Source of the DNA: Candidatus Nomurabacteria bacterium
GTDB taxonomy: Bacteria; Patescibacteriota; Minisyncoccia; Phycocordibacterales; UBA9973
Direction: 5' to 3'
DNA length: 64,000 bases
Assembly (NCBI GenBank): GCA_016199805.1
Contig: JACQGC010000018.1
Span: 5,219 to 69,218, forward strand
Of this stretch, positions 28,112 to 38,268 are shown piece by piece. Numbering within the stretch: position 1 is the first letter of the stretch; each line of letters begins with the position of its first letter. The notes under the pieces are model-generated. The model was not told where the DNA came from, did not search any database, and saw nothing but the letters and a program-made list of their open reading frames with translations. The position numbers and the translations under genes are program-made.

Positions 28112-28537
28112 ATGAATAAAAGCAATCCAGTAGTACATTTTGAAGTGCCGGGAGAAAATATGGACCGGATGAAAAAGTTTTATGAAACCGCTTTTGGCTG
28201 GAAGTTGAACCAACTCGGCAAAGACATGGGAGATTACGTGGTCGTAATGACGGCGGAGTCGAACGAAAAAGACCCCATGGGTCGCCCGAAAATGCCGGGC
28301 GCCATCAATGGTGGATTTTACAAAAAGACAGACGACCCCATGAGTCAGTATCCGTCCATCGTGGTGGCGGTGGATGACATAAACGAAGCGACGAAAAAAG
28401 TTAAGGATGCGGGCGGGAAAGTAATCGGCGGAATGAAAAAAGACGGCACGCCGGACGAGATTCCCGGGGTTGGCCTCTTCTCATCAATTATTGACACTGA
28501 AGGCAACAGAATAAGTATTCTTCAGCCAAAGAAATAA
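28112..28537 (+). CDS. VOC/glyoxalase family protein
   Basis: VVHFE.P...R.K.FY...FGW, INGG, DTEGN. Confidence 0.9.
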   Translation: MNKSNPVVHFEVPGENMDRMKKFYETAFGWKLNQLGKDMGDYVVVMTAESNEKDPMGRPKMPGAINGGFYKKTDDPMSQYPSIVVAVDDINEATKKVKDAGGKVIGGMKKDGTPDEIPGVGLFSSIIDTEGNRISILQPKK

Positions 28538-28538
28538 G

Positions 28539-29024
28539 ATGCAGCAAAAAATTACACCTTTTTTATGGTTTGATAAAAATTGCGAGGAAGCAATGAATTT
28601 CTATTGCTCGATTTTCAAGAATTCAAAAATTTTGAGTGTCAAACGCTATCCGGACGAAGACTTGGAAGGTCCGCCCAAGGGTATGCAGGGCAAAATCATA
28701 ACAGCAGTATTTGAGCTCGAAGGGCAAAAGTTTATGGCTCTAGACGGAGGTCCATATTTTAAGCCGAGTGGGGCTGTCTCTTTCTACATCGAATGCGATA
28801 CCCAAGAAGAAGTGGATTATTATTGGAATAAACTAAAAGAAGGCGGAGATGAAAAAGCCCAGCAGTGCGGATGGCTGCAGGACAGATTTGGTTTCTCCTG
28901 GCAAGTTATTCCCAAGATTCTTCCGGAACTACTAAATAGCCCCGATGCGGCGAAGGCGGACCGCACTTTAAAAGCCATGCTAAAAATGAAAAAAATTGAT
29001 ATTGAAGGTTTGAAAAATGCTTAA
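28539..29024 (+). CDS. VOC family (PhnB / 3-demethylubiquinone-9 3-methyltransferase-like) protein
   Basis: KITPFLWF, EEA.NFY.S.F, CGWL.D.FG.SWQ. Confidence 0.9.
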   Translation: MQQKITPFLWFDKNCEEAMNFYCSIFKNSKILSVKRYPDEDLEGPPKGMQGKIITAVFELEGQKFMALDGGPYFKPSGAVSFYIECDTQEEVDYYWNKLKEGGDEKAQQCGWLQDRFGFSWQVIPKILPELLNSPDAAKADRTLKAMLKMKKIDIEGLKNA

Positions 29025-29130
29025 TCCCGGATATACCAAATCCCTGGACGAATTTTTCATAAAGCTTTCATAAAAATCTGGTATTTTCTTAGGGTCGAGT
29101 AGATTAAAAAAACAAGTATCAATAAATTTT

Positions 29131-29316
29131 ATGATGAAATTAGCTTGTAAAGATTTAAATCCCGCTTCCACTTGCGATTTTGTGGCCACGGGTAGTTCGC
29201 AGTCGAAAGTCGTAGGTAAAATGATGGCTCATGCCAAAGTAAATCACCCTGAAGACTTGATAGGAATGTCCGATGATGAAATTGAAAGTATGATGGACTC
29301 CAAAGTTCACGAATAA
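29131..29316 (+). CDS. DUF1059-like small metal-binding protein
   Basis: C.D....CDF...G.......M..HA...H. Confidence 0.75.
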   Translation: MMKLACKDLNPASTCDFVATGSSQSKVVGKMMAHAKVNHPEDLIGMSDDEIESMMDSKVHE

Positions 29317-29338
29317 AACTTCGTGTTATACTTGGTGT

Positions 29339-30331
29339 ATGACTAAATCAGCAAAAATTTTGCTATCATTAATAATTATTATTATTATTATCTTAACTTT
29401 TGTTACTGTTTTTTATTTTAGCAACAAAAAAGGAGATAACATTCCGGTGTCAGTGCAAACGGTTTCGGTTTTGGGCTGTTATATCGCCAAACTTTCGCAG
29501 GATGTTTATACGCTTCAAATTCAATCTGAAAACGACGGAGCAGAGATTGGCATACTGGCTTACAACAACTACGAGAAAGACAGTTCGTCGGGAGTTTTCA
29601 TCGGAAAACTTTCCGGAGATGTTCTCTTGGGCAACTACTCTTTTGATTCGGAAGGAATGCATTCAAACCGGCAGTTGATATTCAAAAAAGTCGGCGACAA
29701 TCTAGTGGAAGGGTTTGGCGACGTGAAAACAGCGGGAGACACCGAAACACTCGCAGATACCAGCAAGGTCATCTATGACCCTAAAGTCACTTTTGTGAAA
29801 AGCAACGACTGCTTGGAGAATTTCACTGCAGGCAATGGTTCTTTTTCTTTCAACTACAATGCTTTTTTTAGAGCAATGTCCGGCAACAGCACTCTTTCCA
29901 AAGACTGGGAATTGAATTCAAAACAAAACGGGCTTCTCTTGGCGAGTGTGTACGTACCCCAAAGTTATATGCCAAAGACAAACTTTTCCGAGGCTACACT
30001 AACGATAGGCAAGTCGGCAGACATAAGCGCCATCAAGAATTGCTTAGTGGACACAAACGGTCCTTCTGTTAAAAAAGAAGTGGCCATGGTAAGTGGATAC
30101 CCATTTACCAAGTATGTTTTTGGTGATGCCGGGGCTGGAAATTACTATGAAACAACCAGTTACCGAGGTATTGTCGGCGGAGATTGTTATGCTGTGGAAT
30201 ACACCGTTCATTCCACCAACATCGGCAATTACGACCCGAGTCAAGGCATAAAACAATTTGATAGGGACAAAATAACCGGCGATATGGAGTCTGTTATACA
30301 TAGCCTCCGGCTGATTGTCGCCAGTAACTAA
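29339..30331 (+). CDS. Membrane-anchored exported protein, two domains
   Basis: N-terminal TM; Y.F.SEG domain; DAGAGN.Y....YR....CYA domain. Confidence 0.65.
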   Translation: MTKSAKILLSLIIIIIIILTFVTVFYFSNKKGDNIPVSVQTVSVLGCYIAKLSQDVYTLQIQSENDGAEIGILAYNNYEKDSSSGVFIGKLSGDVLLGNYSFDSEGMHSNRQLIFKKVGDNLVEGFGDVKTAGDTETLADTSKVIYDPKVTFVKSNDCLENFTAGNGSFSFNYNAFFRAMSGNSTLSKDWELNSKQNGLLLASVYVPQSYMPKTNFSEATLTIGKSADISAIKNCLVDTNGPSVKKEVAMVSGYPFTKYVFGDAGAGNYYETTSYRGIVGGDCYAVEYTVHSTNIGNYDPSQGIKQFDRDKITGDMESVIHSLRLIVASN

Positions 30332-30336
30332 ATAAA

Positions 30337-31443
30337 ATGGCTCCCATAATAATTATATTTTTTGCAGGAATAGTTTCACTGGTACTCGCACTAGTGCATG
30401 TGATTGTTTACAAGGCATTTGTTTCTATTTTTTCCCTGACCGCAACGGGGAAGTTGTTTTTAGGAATTATTTTAGCCGCCTTGTGTCTGAGCTTTGTTTT
30501 GGCTTCAATTCTAACCTTTAATTTCAATAATTTATTTACCAGGACTTATTACACCATCTCGGCGACGTGGCTTGGTTTCGCTTTTTATCTGTTTTTGGCT
30601 TCGTGTATATATGTCTTGACTATTTTATTGTCACGAATTTTTGGTATTGATACTCCAAAGTTGTTTGGCATTCTGTGTCTAGTGTTGGCTCTCGCGGTGA
30701 GTATCTACGGTGTGGTTCACGCGCGCACTCTTTTGGTAAAAAATATAAATGTGACATTGCCAAACTTGCCGGCAGGGTGGCAGGGCAAGCGAGTCGTCTT
30801 TGTCAGTGACATACATCTGGGCGTGGTGCTGGGGCGGGATTTTGCGCAGAAAATTGTGGATAAAATAAACGAAATCAATCCGGACATAGTTTTTATAGGG
30901 GGCGATCTTTACGACGGAGTGAAAGTGGATGAAAACCAAATTGTTCAGCCGTTTGCAGGTTTGCATCCGGCGCTCGGTACATATTTTATCACTGGAAACC
31001 ATGAAGAATTTCGCGATAATAAGCCCTATCTGGAAGCCGTAAAAAATATAGGTATACGCGTTTTAAATAATGAGCTGGTGAATATAAATGGTTTGCAGCT
31101 TATCGGCGTGGATGACCGTGATTCTGTAAATCTGGCCAAGTTTCAAAATATTCTCGCCAATCTAAACATAAATAAAAATGAACCGTCCATTTTGTTAAAA
31201 CATGAACCATTTCAGCTGGACGAAGCTGCCAGGGTGGGCATAAGTATGCAAATTTCCGGGCATACTCACCGTGCGCAAGTTTTTCCACTGAACGGTTTTA
31301 CCTATTTAATTTACAAAGGTTATGATTATGGTCTTCATCTTTTTGGTAAAATGTCCGTGTATACTTCGAGCGGAGTGGGTACTTGGGGGCCACCGCTAAG
31401 GGTGGGTAGCGACAGTGAAATAGTTGTTTTTACATTTAGTTAA
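30337..31443 (+). CDS. Membrane metallophosphoesterase (YkuE-like)
   Basis: SDIH, GGD.YD, GNHE, SGHTH, G.G.WGPP.R. Confidence 0.92.
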   Translation: MAPIIIIFFAGIVSLVLALVHVIVYKAFVSIFSLTATGKLFLGIILAALCLSFVLASILTFNFNNLFTRTYYTISATWLGFAFYLFLASCIYVLTILLSRIFGIDTPKLFGILCLVLALAVSIYGVVHARTLLVKNINVTLPNLPAGWQGKRVVFVSDIHLGVVLGRDFAQKIVDKINEINPDIVFIGGDLYDGVKVDENQIVQPFAGLHPALGTYFITGNHEEFRDNKPYLEAVKNIGIRVLNNELVNINGLQLIGVDDRDSVNLAKFQNILANLNINKNEPSILLKHEPFQLDEAARVGISMQISGHTHRAQVFPLNGFTYLIYKGYDYGLHLFGKMSVYTSSGVGTWGPPLRVGSDSEIVVFTFS

Positions 31444-31481
31444 TAGTTTGAATTTTTGCAAATTTTTGGTAAAATAAAGAG

Positions 31482-32027
31482 ATGATGGATAAATTAAAAT
31501 TTGCTCTATTTTCAATAGTCGTTTTGGCTGTAGTCGGACTCATCGGGTATTGGGCTGTGGTCACCATCCAGTCCGGCAGTGAATTTGGAACAACCCAAAA
31601 AATTACCCAACTACAAAAAGAAAACGAAGATTTGACGAAACAATTGGCAGACCTGACTGACAAATTAAATACGCTTACACCAGAGCCGGTGGATACCACC
31701 CCTGTGGCCCAGAATCCAGATCCCCAAACACCGACTACCCCGACACAACCGACCACATATAAAAACCAATCTCTCGTAAACGAATTGCAGGTGCTTGTAT
31801 CCAATAAAGTGTTTATGAAATTAAAATCAAGCGGTACCCGGGTGGGCACCGTGCAGAAATTCTTAAATCTTTACAACAAAACTTCCAACAAAATTGATAA
31901 TGATTACGGAGCAAACATGGTCAAAGCTGTGTCCGCCTTTCAAAAAGACCAGGGTCTTTCCGCCGATGGACAAGCGGGTCCAAGCACCTACAGCAAAATG
32001 ATTGATTGGCTCAAGAAGCAGGGATAA
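31482..32027 (+). CDS. TM, coiled coil and peptidoglycan-binding domain protein
   Basis: V..VQKFL...D.DYG.....AV.AFQK..GL.ADG.AG..T. Confidence 0.8.
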   Translation: MMDKLKFALFSIVVLAVVGLIGYWAVVTIQSGSEFGTTQKITQLQKENEDLTKQLADLTDKLNTLTPEPVDTTPVAQNPDPQTPTTPTQPTTYKNQSLVNELQVLVSNKVFMKLKSSGTRVGTVQKFLNLYNKTSNKIDNDYGANMVKAVSAFQKDQGLSADGQAGPSTYSKMIDWLKKQG

Positions 32028-32033
32028 AAAACT

Positions 32034-33113
32034 ATGTATCAAGAAAAAAGACACAAACTAATAGCATTTTTCTGTGTTGCGATTGTTTTAATCGGTGGAT
32101 ATTTTACTTACACACATTCCGGGAAAAATAAAATGCCGGAAGTGAAACAAATAGATACCACCCCCACCACACAAACAGTTGCCGTGAACGTACCCATAAA
32201 AATACCGGCGAAACCTACTCCGCCGCCGTTACCTCTCGGCACGGACCAATTTGTGGTTTCGCTCGCGGCCACTTCGGATGATGTTTCCGGAAAGTTGCTG
32301 GATGGAGAATACATAAAAGATGCTTCGGCTTTTACGACACTTATAGGCGCAAAAGTAATTGCACCCGGCGCGTATAAAATTTCTAAAGACATGACCCCGG
32401 CACAACTTTTGCAAGTTTTGCGCGGCAAGCCGTATATGAAATGGATAGTCATTCCGCCCGGATTGCGCAAGGAAGAGATTGCCGCCCTGCTCGCGCCCGC
32501 CCTCGGTTGGACAAAAAAACAAACCACGGAATGGATTACCAAAGACACGATCACCAAACCGGAATACATTGAGGGAGTATATGCTCCGGATACATATTTG
32601 ATTCCGGTGGGGGAAAAACCGGTAGATGTCACCACCCGGCTCATTTCCAAATTCAACGAAGGGTTCGCGCCATACTTACCACAATTCACGGCGAAGAATA
32701 TTAAGTGGACTACAGCTCTCACTCTCGCTTCCATAGTGCAAAGAGAAGCCGCCAATGTGTCTGACATGCCGCTCATTTCCGGCATACTTTGGAACAGGCT
32801 CAATCAAAACATGATGCTGGGTGTAGATGCCACATTGCAATACATACGCGGCAACAAAGGCGCAGGCTGGTGGGCTCCGATTACTGTGGCTGACAAACAA
32901 ACCGACTCTCCATACAATACATACAAACATACCAGTTTGCCTCCGCACCCGATAGCCAACCCGAGCCTGCAAGCCATAGATGCAGTCTTAAATCCTACCA
33001 AGACAGATTGCCTGTATTATATTCACGATAAAAACCATATCACTCACTGCGCCGCCACCTACGAAGAACACCAGGTGAATATACAGAAATATTTAATCAG
33101 CCCCGCAAATTAA
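32034..33113 (+). CDS. mltG: Endolytic transglycosylase
   Basis: EG...PDTY, LASIVQRE, NRL...M.L..DAT, SPYNTY...LPP.PI.NP. Confidence 0.9.
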   Translation: MYQEKRHKLIAFFCVAIVLIGGYFTYTHSGKNKMPEVKQIDTTPTTQTVAVNVPIKIPAKPTPPPLPLGTDQFVVSLAATSDDVSGKLLDGEYIKDASAFTTLIGAKVIAPGAYKISKDMTPAQLLQVLRGKPYMKWIVIPPGLRKEEIAALLAPALGWTKKQTTEWITKDTITKPEYIEGVYAPDTYLIPVGEKPVDVTTRLISKFNEGFAPYLPQFTAKNIKWTTALTLASIVQREAANVSDMPLISGILWNRLNQNMMLGVDATLQYIRGNKGAGWWAPITVADKQTDSPYNTYKHTSLPPHPIANPSLQAIDAVLNPTKTDCLYYIHDKNHITHCAATYEEHQVNIQKYLISPAN

Positions 33114-33152
33114 ATTACATAAAAAGTTATCCACACCCGCCATTGTGGGGAA

Positions 33153-33181
33153 TTGACATATACCCCCAGGGGGTATATGCT
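33153..33181 (+). promoter_or_regulatory. Promoter with CsoR operator
   Basis: TTGACA-17-TATGCT overlapping the palindrome catataccccc-a-gggggtatatg. Confidence 0.85.
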
Positions 33182-33187
33182 GTTTAC

Positions 33188-33454
33188 ATGAAACAAGACA
33201 TAAAAAATAAAGCCTTACGCAGATTGAAGATTGTGGAAGGTCAGGTGCGGGGCTTGCAAGAGATGGTGAACAAAGAAAAATACTGTATTGATATTATTAC
33301 CCAAACCAGCGCGGTGAGAAAAGCGCTTTCCAGCGTGGAAGATTTGATCTTGGAAAATCACTTATCTACGCATGTTATTCACCAGATTAAACATGGACAG
33401 GAAGACACACCCATTAAAGAAATATTAAAAATTTATAAGCTAAAAAGCAAATGA
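33188..33454 (+). CDS. csoR: Copper-sensing repressor
   Basis: RLK.VEGQVRG...M....YC.DI..Q..A. Confidence 0.88.
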   Translation: MKQDIKNKALRRLKIVEGQVRGLQEMVNKEKYCIDIITQTSAVRKALSSVEDLILENHLSTHVIHQIKHGQEDTPIKEILKIYKLKSK

Positions 33455-35796
33455 ATACACCTAAAACATTTAGAATAAAAGGCATGCATTGCGCATCTTG
33501 CGCGAGCATCATAGAGAGAACCGTAAAAAAGATTGCGGGAGTGGAAGATATATCTGTAAACAACGGAACAGAAAATGTCAGGATTTCTTTTGACGAAAGT
33601 AAAACAAGTCCAGAGTATTTTAATAAAAAACTGGAACCGCTCGGATATTCTTTGGTGGTACCAGATATGAATATGCAAGGCACGGCTATGCAAATGGGCA
33701 TGAGTGAAAACGAACATGCGGCGCACCTGGGACTGAACCAGACAAAAAAAGAAAAACTGGCCGAACTAAAAGACATGCGCAATAAGCTTTTCTCACTCAT
33801 CCCGATTGTGCTGGTAAGTATTTTTGTCATGGGCTGGGATATTTCTGCGCAATTTAAAATTTTTCCGGAAATGTCCGCGACTTTCGAAAACTTTTTTCAC
33901 TATCTTTTGCCGATACTCGCCACCTATACGCTCTTTGTGGTGGGCAAGCCATATCTGCTCGGCCTGTATCGTTTTTTCCGCTACGGCAAAGCCAATATGG
34001 ACACACTGATTGGGCTCGGCACAGGAGTGGCCTTTTTATATAGTTTCATCATCAGCGCTTTCGGGGAAAGTTTGAAAAATTTTGTAAACGTTAATCAAAG
34101 TTACTACGATGTTTCGATTGTGGTCATTGCTTTCATCACCCTCGGAAAATATCTGGAGGCCCGGTCAAAACTAAAAACCGGCGATGCCATAGAAAAACTT
34201 TTAAATCTACAGGCCAAGACAGCTTTGGTAATCCGCGAAGGCAAAGACCCCGAAGGAAAGCAAGCTTCCTACGGGGCAGGGATTGAAATCCCCATCGAGC
34301 AGGTTGTTCATGGTGATCTTATTATTGTAAAGCCCGGGGCAAAAATTCCGGTGGATGGCGTCATCACTGAGGGTTCTTCTTTTGTGGATGAAGCCATGGT
34401 CACCGGAGAATCTATGCCGGTTAAGAAAAGTATCGGTGACAGTGTGGTGTCGGGAACAATAAACACGACAGGGTCTTTCGTTTTCAAAGCCACGAAAATC
34501 GGCTCGGAAACTCTCCTTGCGCATATCGTGAAAATGGTGGAAGAAGCGCAGGGCAGCAAGGCGCCCATTCAGGCCTTGGCCGATAAAATTTCAGCTATTT
34601 TCGTTCCAATTGTTTTGGGCATTGCCGTGGTCACTTTGGCTTTGTGGCTCTTGATTGGCACGCAGTATCTGGGTTTCTCGCAAGCATTTTCATTTGGGCT
34701 GGTTTCTTTTGTAGGGATTTTGGTGATAGCTTGCCCGTGCGCGCTCGGTCTGGCTACTCCAACTGCGATAATTGTCGGTGTAGGTAAAGGAGCTAAAGAG
34801 GGAATACTCATCAAAGACGCAGCTACGCTCGAAAAATTGCACAAAGTGGATACGGTGATTGTGGACAAGACCGGGACCATAACAATAGGCAAACCGACTC
34901 TGGTTGATATACAAAATTTTACGGACAAAAAAGATGAGGAAATAATTTCCATTTTAGCTTCACTCGAAAATAAATCGGAGCACCCGATAGCTCACGCGAT
35001 TATGAATTACACGAAAGAAAAAAATATTCCAATATTTGAAGTTTCAAATTTTGAAAGTATAAAAGGAAAAGGATTAAAAGGGTCAGTCGCGGGTGAAGAA
35101 TATTTTGTTGGGAATGTGAAACTAGTGCAGGATCTCAATGTGTCCTTTGATATTTCAAAAATCGAAGAATTTACAAAGCAGGGGAAAACACCGGTAATTT
35201 TAACCACAGCAGAAAAAGTGATGGGTTTTGTGATGGTGGCAGATGAAATAAAAACCGAATCAAAAAAAGCAGTGGAAGATTTACACAGACTCGGCATCAA
35301 AGTCATAATGGTGACAGGGGATGACGAGAGAACAGCCAAGCATATTGCCTCGTTGGTTGGCATCGACAGTGTCTTGGCCCACGTATTACCCGAAGATAAA
35401 TTAAACAAAATAAAAGAGTTACAAAAAGAAGGGCACGTAGTAGCCATGGCCGGAGATGGAGTCAACGACGCGCCAGCACTCGCGCAGGCGGACGTGGGCA
35501 TAGCCATGGCTACAGGCACAGACGTGGCTATCGAGAGCGCCGGCATCACCCTCCTCGGCGGAGACATTTCCAAGCTGGTCAAAGCCATAAAGCTTTCCAA
35601 GATGACCATGCTCGGCATCAAACAAAATCTCTTCTGGGCTTTTTTCTACAATGTTGTCGGTATTCCGCTCGCGGCAGGAGTATTCTATCCGCTTGGGGGT
35701 TGGCTTTTAAACCCGGTATTTGCCGGCATGGCTATGGCTTTTTCCAGTGTTTCCGTAGTCGGGAATTCATTGCGCATTAAAAGCAAAAAATTGTAA
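33451..35796 (+). CDS. copA: Copper-translocating P1B-type ATPase
   Basis: GMHCASC, TGES, CPCALGLATP, DKTGT, SEHP, GDGVND, YN..GIP, MAFSS. Confidence 0.95.
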   Translation: MNTPKTFRIKGMHCASCASIIERTVKKIAGVEDISVNNGTENVRISFDESKTSPEYFNKKLEPLGYSLVVPDMNMQGTAMQMGMSENEHAAHLGLNQTKKEKLAELKDMRNKLFSLIPIVLVSIFVMGWDISAQFKIFPEMSATFENFFHYLLPILATYTLFVVGKPYLLGLYRFFRYGKANMDTLIGLGTGVAFLYSFIISAFGESLKNFVNVNQSYYDVSIVVIAFITLGKYLEARSKLKTGDAIEKLLNLQAKTALVIREGKDPEGKQASYGAGIEIPIEQVVHGDLIIVKPGAKIPVDGVITEGSSFVDEAMVTGESMPVKKSIGDSVVSGTINTTGSFVFKATKIGSETLLAHIVKMVEEAQGSKAPIQALADKISAIFVPIVLGIAVVTLALWLLIGTQYLGFSQAFSFGLVSFVGILVIACPCALGLATPTAIIVGVGKGAKEGILIKDAATLEKLHKVDTVIVDKTGTITIGKPTLVDIQNFTDKKDEEIISILASLENKSEHPIAHAIMNYTKEKNIPIFEVSNFESIKGKGLKGSVAGEEYFVGNVKLVQDLNVSFDISKIEEFTKQGKTPVILTTAEKVMGFVMVADEIKTESKKAVEDLHRLGIKVIMVTGDDERTAKHIASLVGIDSVLAHVLPEDKLNKIKELQKEGHVVAMAGDGVNDAPALAQADVGIAMATGTDVAIESAGITLLGGDISKLVKAIKLSKMTMLGIKQNLFWAFFYNVVGIPLAAGVFYPLGGWLLNPVFAGMAMAFSSVSVVGNSLRIKSKKL

Positions 35797-35802
35797 AATA
35801 AA

Positions 35803-35850
35803 GCCGCGCTTTAATGGACGATTGCGCGGCATGATTTCGCTAAATCAAAT
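35803..35850 (+). repeat. 48-nt two-hairpin leader motif, copy 2
   Basis: gccgcgc...gcgcggc plus tgattt-cgct-aaatca. Confidence 0.85.
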
Positions 35851-35853
35851 ATT

Positions 35854-36876
35854 ATGAAAAAATACACATTCCATGTAAAAGGCACACATTGCGCATCTTG
35901 CAAAATATTGATTGAAGATATTTTCAAGGAACAGGATTTCATTGTGAGTTCAAAAGTTGATTTGAGAAATGAAACCGTAGAAATAGAAACCAATAACGAA
36001 AAAAATGCCGAAGAAATAGCTGAAATCTTAAACACGAAAATAAAACAAAACGGGTATATGCTTTCGGTGGGAAAAATCACGGAAGAGCAAAAAGAAGATA
36101 ACACTATTTGGCAAGCCATACCTATAGGACTGGCATTTTTGGTTTTGTTTTTCATGTTGCAAAAATCCGGTATTCTAAATCTGGGTGTTGGTGGCAAGAC
36201 TACACCGGTCACTGGGTTTATTATCGGAATCATCGCTTCGCTTTCGAGTTGCTTGGCGATAGTCGGGGGACTCATACTATCGTTATCCGCCAAAGTCGCA
36301 CAAGACGAGCAGTATGGCAATTTGGAAGGAGCGAAAAAACCCTTGATGTTGTTCCATGCCGGAAGATTGTTCGGCTTTGCGGTTTTGGGCGGAGTGCTGG
36401 GGTTGATTGGTGAGGCTGTCGGCATAAGCTTTGTCTTTTCGGCAATACTGGGGCTCATCGCTTCCGCGGTGATGATAATACTCGGGCTGAATCTCATCGG
36501 AATATTTAAAAAGAGCACCATCACATTACCCTCAAATATATTTTCTTTCTTTAGAAAAGTGGAACATGCCACATGGGCGCCTGTTTTGATAGGGCTAGGA
36601 ACTTTTTTCTTGCCTTGCGGTTTTACCCAGTCCATGCAAATCGCCGCCCTGTCCAGTGGTTCGTTTATTTCCGGAATGCTTATAATGTTTGCCTTTGCCT
36701 TAGGGACACTGCCGGTCCTTTCACTTCTTTCTTTCGGGTCAATGTCTTTCGCCCAGTCTAAATACGCGCCGCTATTTTTTAAATCAGCGGGAATAGTTGT
36801 GGTGGGCTTAGGAATATTCGCCTTATTAGCCCAACTTGCCGGGTTGGGAATTATTAACCCGCTTTTTAATTTATGA
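35854..36876 (+). CDS. HMA domain plus DsbD_2/TauE-like membrane protein
   Basis: HCASC, SSC.AIVGG, F.AGR, LPCG, F.LGT.P. Confidence 0.85.
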   Translation: MKKYTFHVKGTHCASCKILIEDIFKEQDFIVSSKVDLRNETVEIETNNEKNAEEIAEILNTKIKQNGYMLSVGKITEEQKEDNTIWQAIPIGLAFLVLFFMLQKSGILNLGVGGKTTPVTGFIIGIIASLSSCLAIVGGLILSLSAKVAQDEQYGNLEGAKKPLMLFHAGRLFGFAVLGGVLGLIGEAVGISFVFSAILGLIASAVMIILGLNLIGIFKKSTITLPSNIFSFFRKVEHATWAPVLIGLGTFFLPCGFTQSMQIAALSSGSFISGMLIMFAFALGTLPVLSLLSFGSMSFAQSKYAPLFFKSAGIVVVGLGIFALLAQLAGLGIINPLFNL

Positions 36877-37265
36877 ACAAAAATACTTTAATCGCCATAA
36901 CCGTTATTTGTGTAGCAATCGTCGCTTTTATTTTTATCAGTGGAATCGGTACCGGCAACCCTTCGGGTTCGGCTGTGGAAAACGCGCAAATCAAAGATGG
37001 TGTCCAGTATGTCACTATCAATGCCGGAGGTGGATACTCGCCAAGGATTTCCAGTGCCAAGGCGGGCGTGCCAACAAAATTAATAATGAAAACAAACGGC
37101 ATATATGATTGCTCGGCCTCACTGGTCATAAATTCCATCGGCTATAGGAAAATTCTGCCTCAAACGGGGGAGACGGAAATAGACATAGGCACTCCACAAG
37201 CAGGTGTGCCGTTACGGGGTGTATGCGGCATGGGCATGTACAGCTTTTCTGTTAACTTTAAATAA
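36873..37265 (+). CDS. Cupredoxin-domain protein
   Basis: GY.P......G.P, C, CGMGMY. Confidence 0.85.
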   Translation: MNKNTLIAITVICVAIVAFIFISGIGTGNPSGSAVENAQIKDGVQYVTINAGGGYSPRISSAKAGVPTKLIMKTNGIYDCSASLVINSIGYRKILPQTGETEIDIGTPQAGVPLRGVCGMGMYSFSVNFK

Positions 37266-37287
37266 GAAAAGTGGTATAATATCCCGC

Positions 37288-37743
37288 ATGGAAAACCAAG
37301 AAAAACAAAATGTTTCGGAGCCGCATGTCAGGATTTTCAACGAAGAAGTGAATTCACGGGATAAGGGAAAAGAAAAAGTCGATGAGCAAAAGAACGATTT
37401 TCACCATTACCATCATCATTATCATGAAGGCAGGCATTTTGGTAGTGGAGTTTCCGGACTGGCTGTCTTCTTTGTGGGAATTTTACTTTTACTCAACACC
37501 TTTGGGTTAGCTTCGAGGGGTGTTTGGAATTACATCTGGCCATTTTGGCCGGTCTTGTTGATATTGATGGGAATCAGAATTATTACCGGGTATAACAAAG
37601 TCGCCAGGTTTTTCATTTTCATTTTTTCCCTGGTCATGTTTAGTTTTATTGTTTTATATGCGCTCATTCATGTCGGCTCTCCGCTTGTTTATAATTTAAA
37701 CTTGTCTCCGGACTTTATCAATTATATTCTCCAATTAAGATAA
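37288..37743 (+). CDS. LiaI/LiaF-like TM protein with His-rich stretch
   Basis: G..LLL...G, WP..LIL.G; HHYHHHYH. Confidence 0.65.
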   Translation: MENQEKQNVSEPHVRIFNEEVNSRDKGKEKVDEQKNDFHHYHHHYHEGRHFGSGVSGLAVFFVGILLLLNTFGLASRGVWNYIWPFWPVLLILMGIRIITGYNKVARFFIFIFSLVMFSFIVLYALIHVGSPLVYNLNLSPDFINYILQLR

Positions 37744-37755
37744 TAAGATAATTTT

Positions 37756-38253
37756 ATGAGAAAAATAATTTTTGGAACCATCTTGATAGTTTTAGGTCTC
37801 TCGGCTCTCTTGGGTATTTCTTTGCTAAAGTTTTTCTTTGCTTTTATTCTGATAGCTATAGGCATAAAGATAATCATCGGGAACGAGTACAATTTGAATT
37901 TTGATGCGGCAAAACCGTTTTCCAGCGAGAACTTAATAAATGAATTGAATATTTTCAGTTCCGCCGACAGAGTCATCAAATCCGAGAATTTCAAAGGGGG
38001 CAGAATAACCATGATTTTTAGTGGCGGCAAGATAGACCTGCGCCACATCAGCACGTCCGAAAGTGTCATCAATCTGGAAATAATAGCAATCTTCGGCGGA
38101 GCGGAACTCATCGTTCCAAAAGGCTGGAAAGTAAATTCACAAGGGACTTCAATCTTCGGTGGTTATGACACAAAGATAGAAGGAGAGGGAAACAGCATAA
38201 CCTTAAATCTAAAAGGCGTGGCAATTTTTGGAGGAGTAAAGGTCACAAACTAG
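37756..38253 (+). CDS. LiaF/DUF2154-like protein
   Basis: F.GG.I...F.G..IDL, FGG.E..VP..W. Confidence 0.75.
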   Translation: MRKIIFGTILIVLGLSALLGISLLKFFFAFILIAIGIKIIIGNEYNLNFDAAKPFSSENLINELNIFSSADRVIKSENFKGGRITMIFSGGKIDLRHISTSESVINLEIIAIFGGAELIVPKGWKVNSQGTSIFGGYDTKIEGEGNSITLNLKGVAIFGGVKVTN

Positions 38254-38268
38254 CTCGGAATTATAAAC

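Noticed and set aside
33127-33135. DnaA boxes (TTATCCACA; also 7636 and the reverse at about 57390) as oriC
   Set aside because: Isolated single boxes with no cluster and no adjacent dnaA or dnaN.
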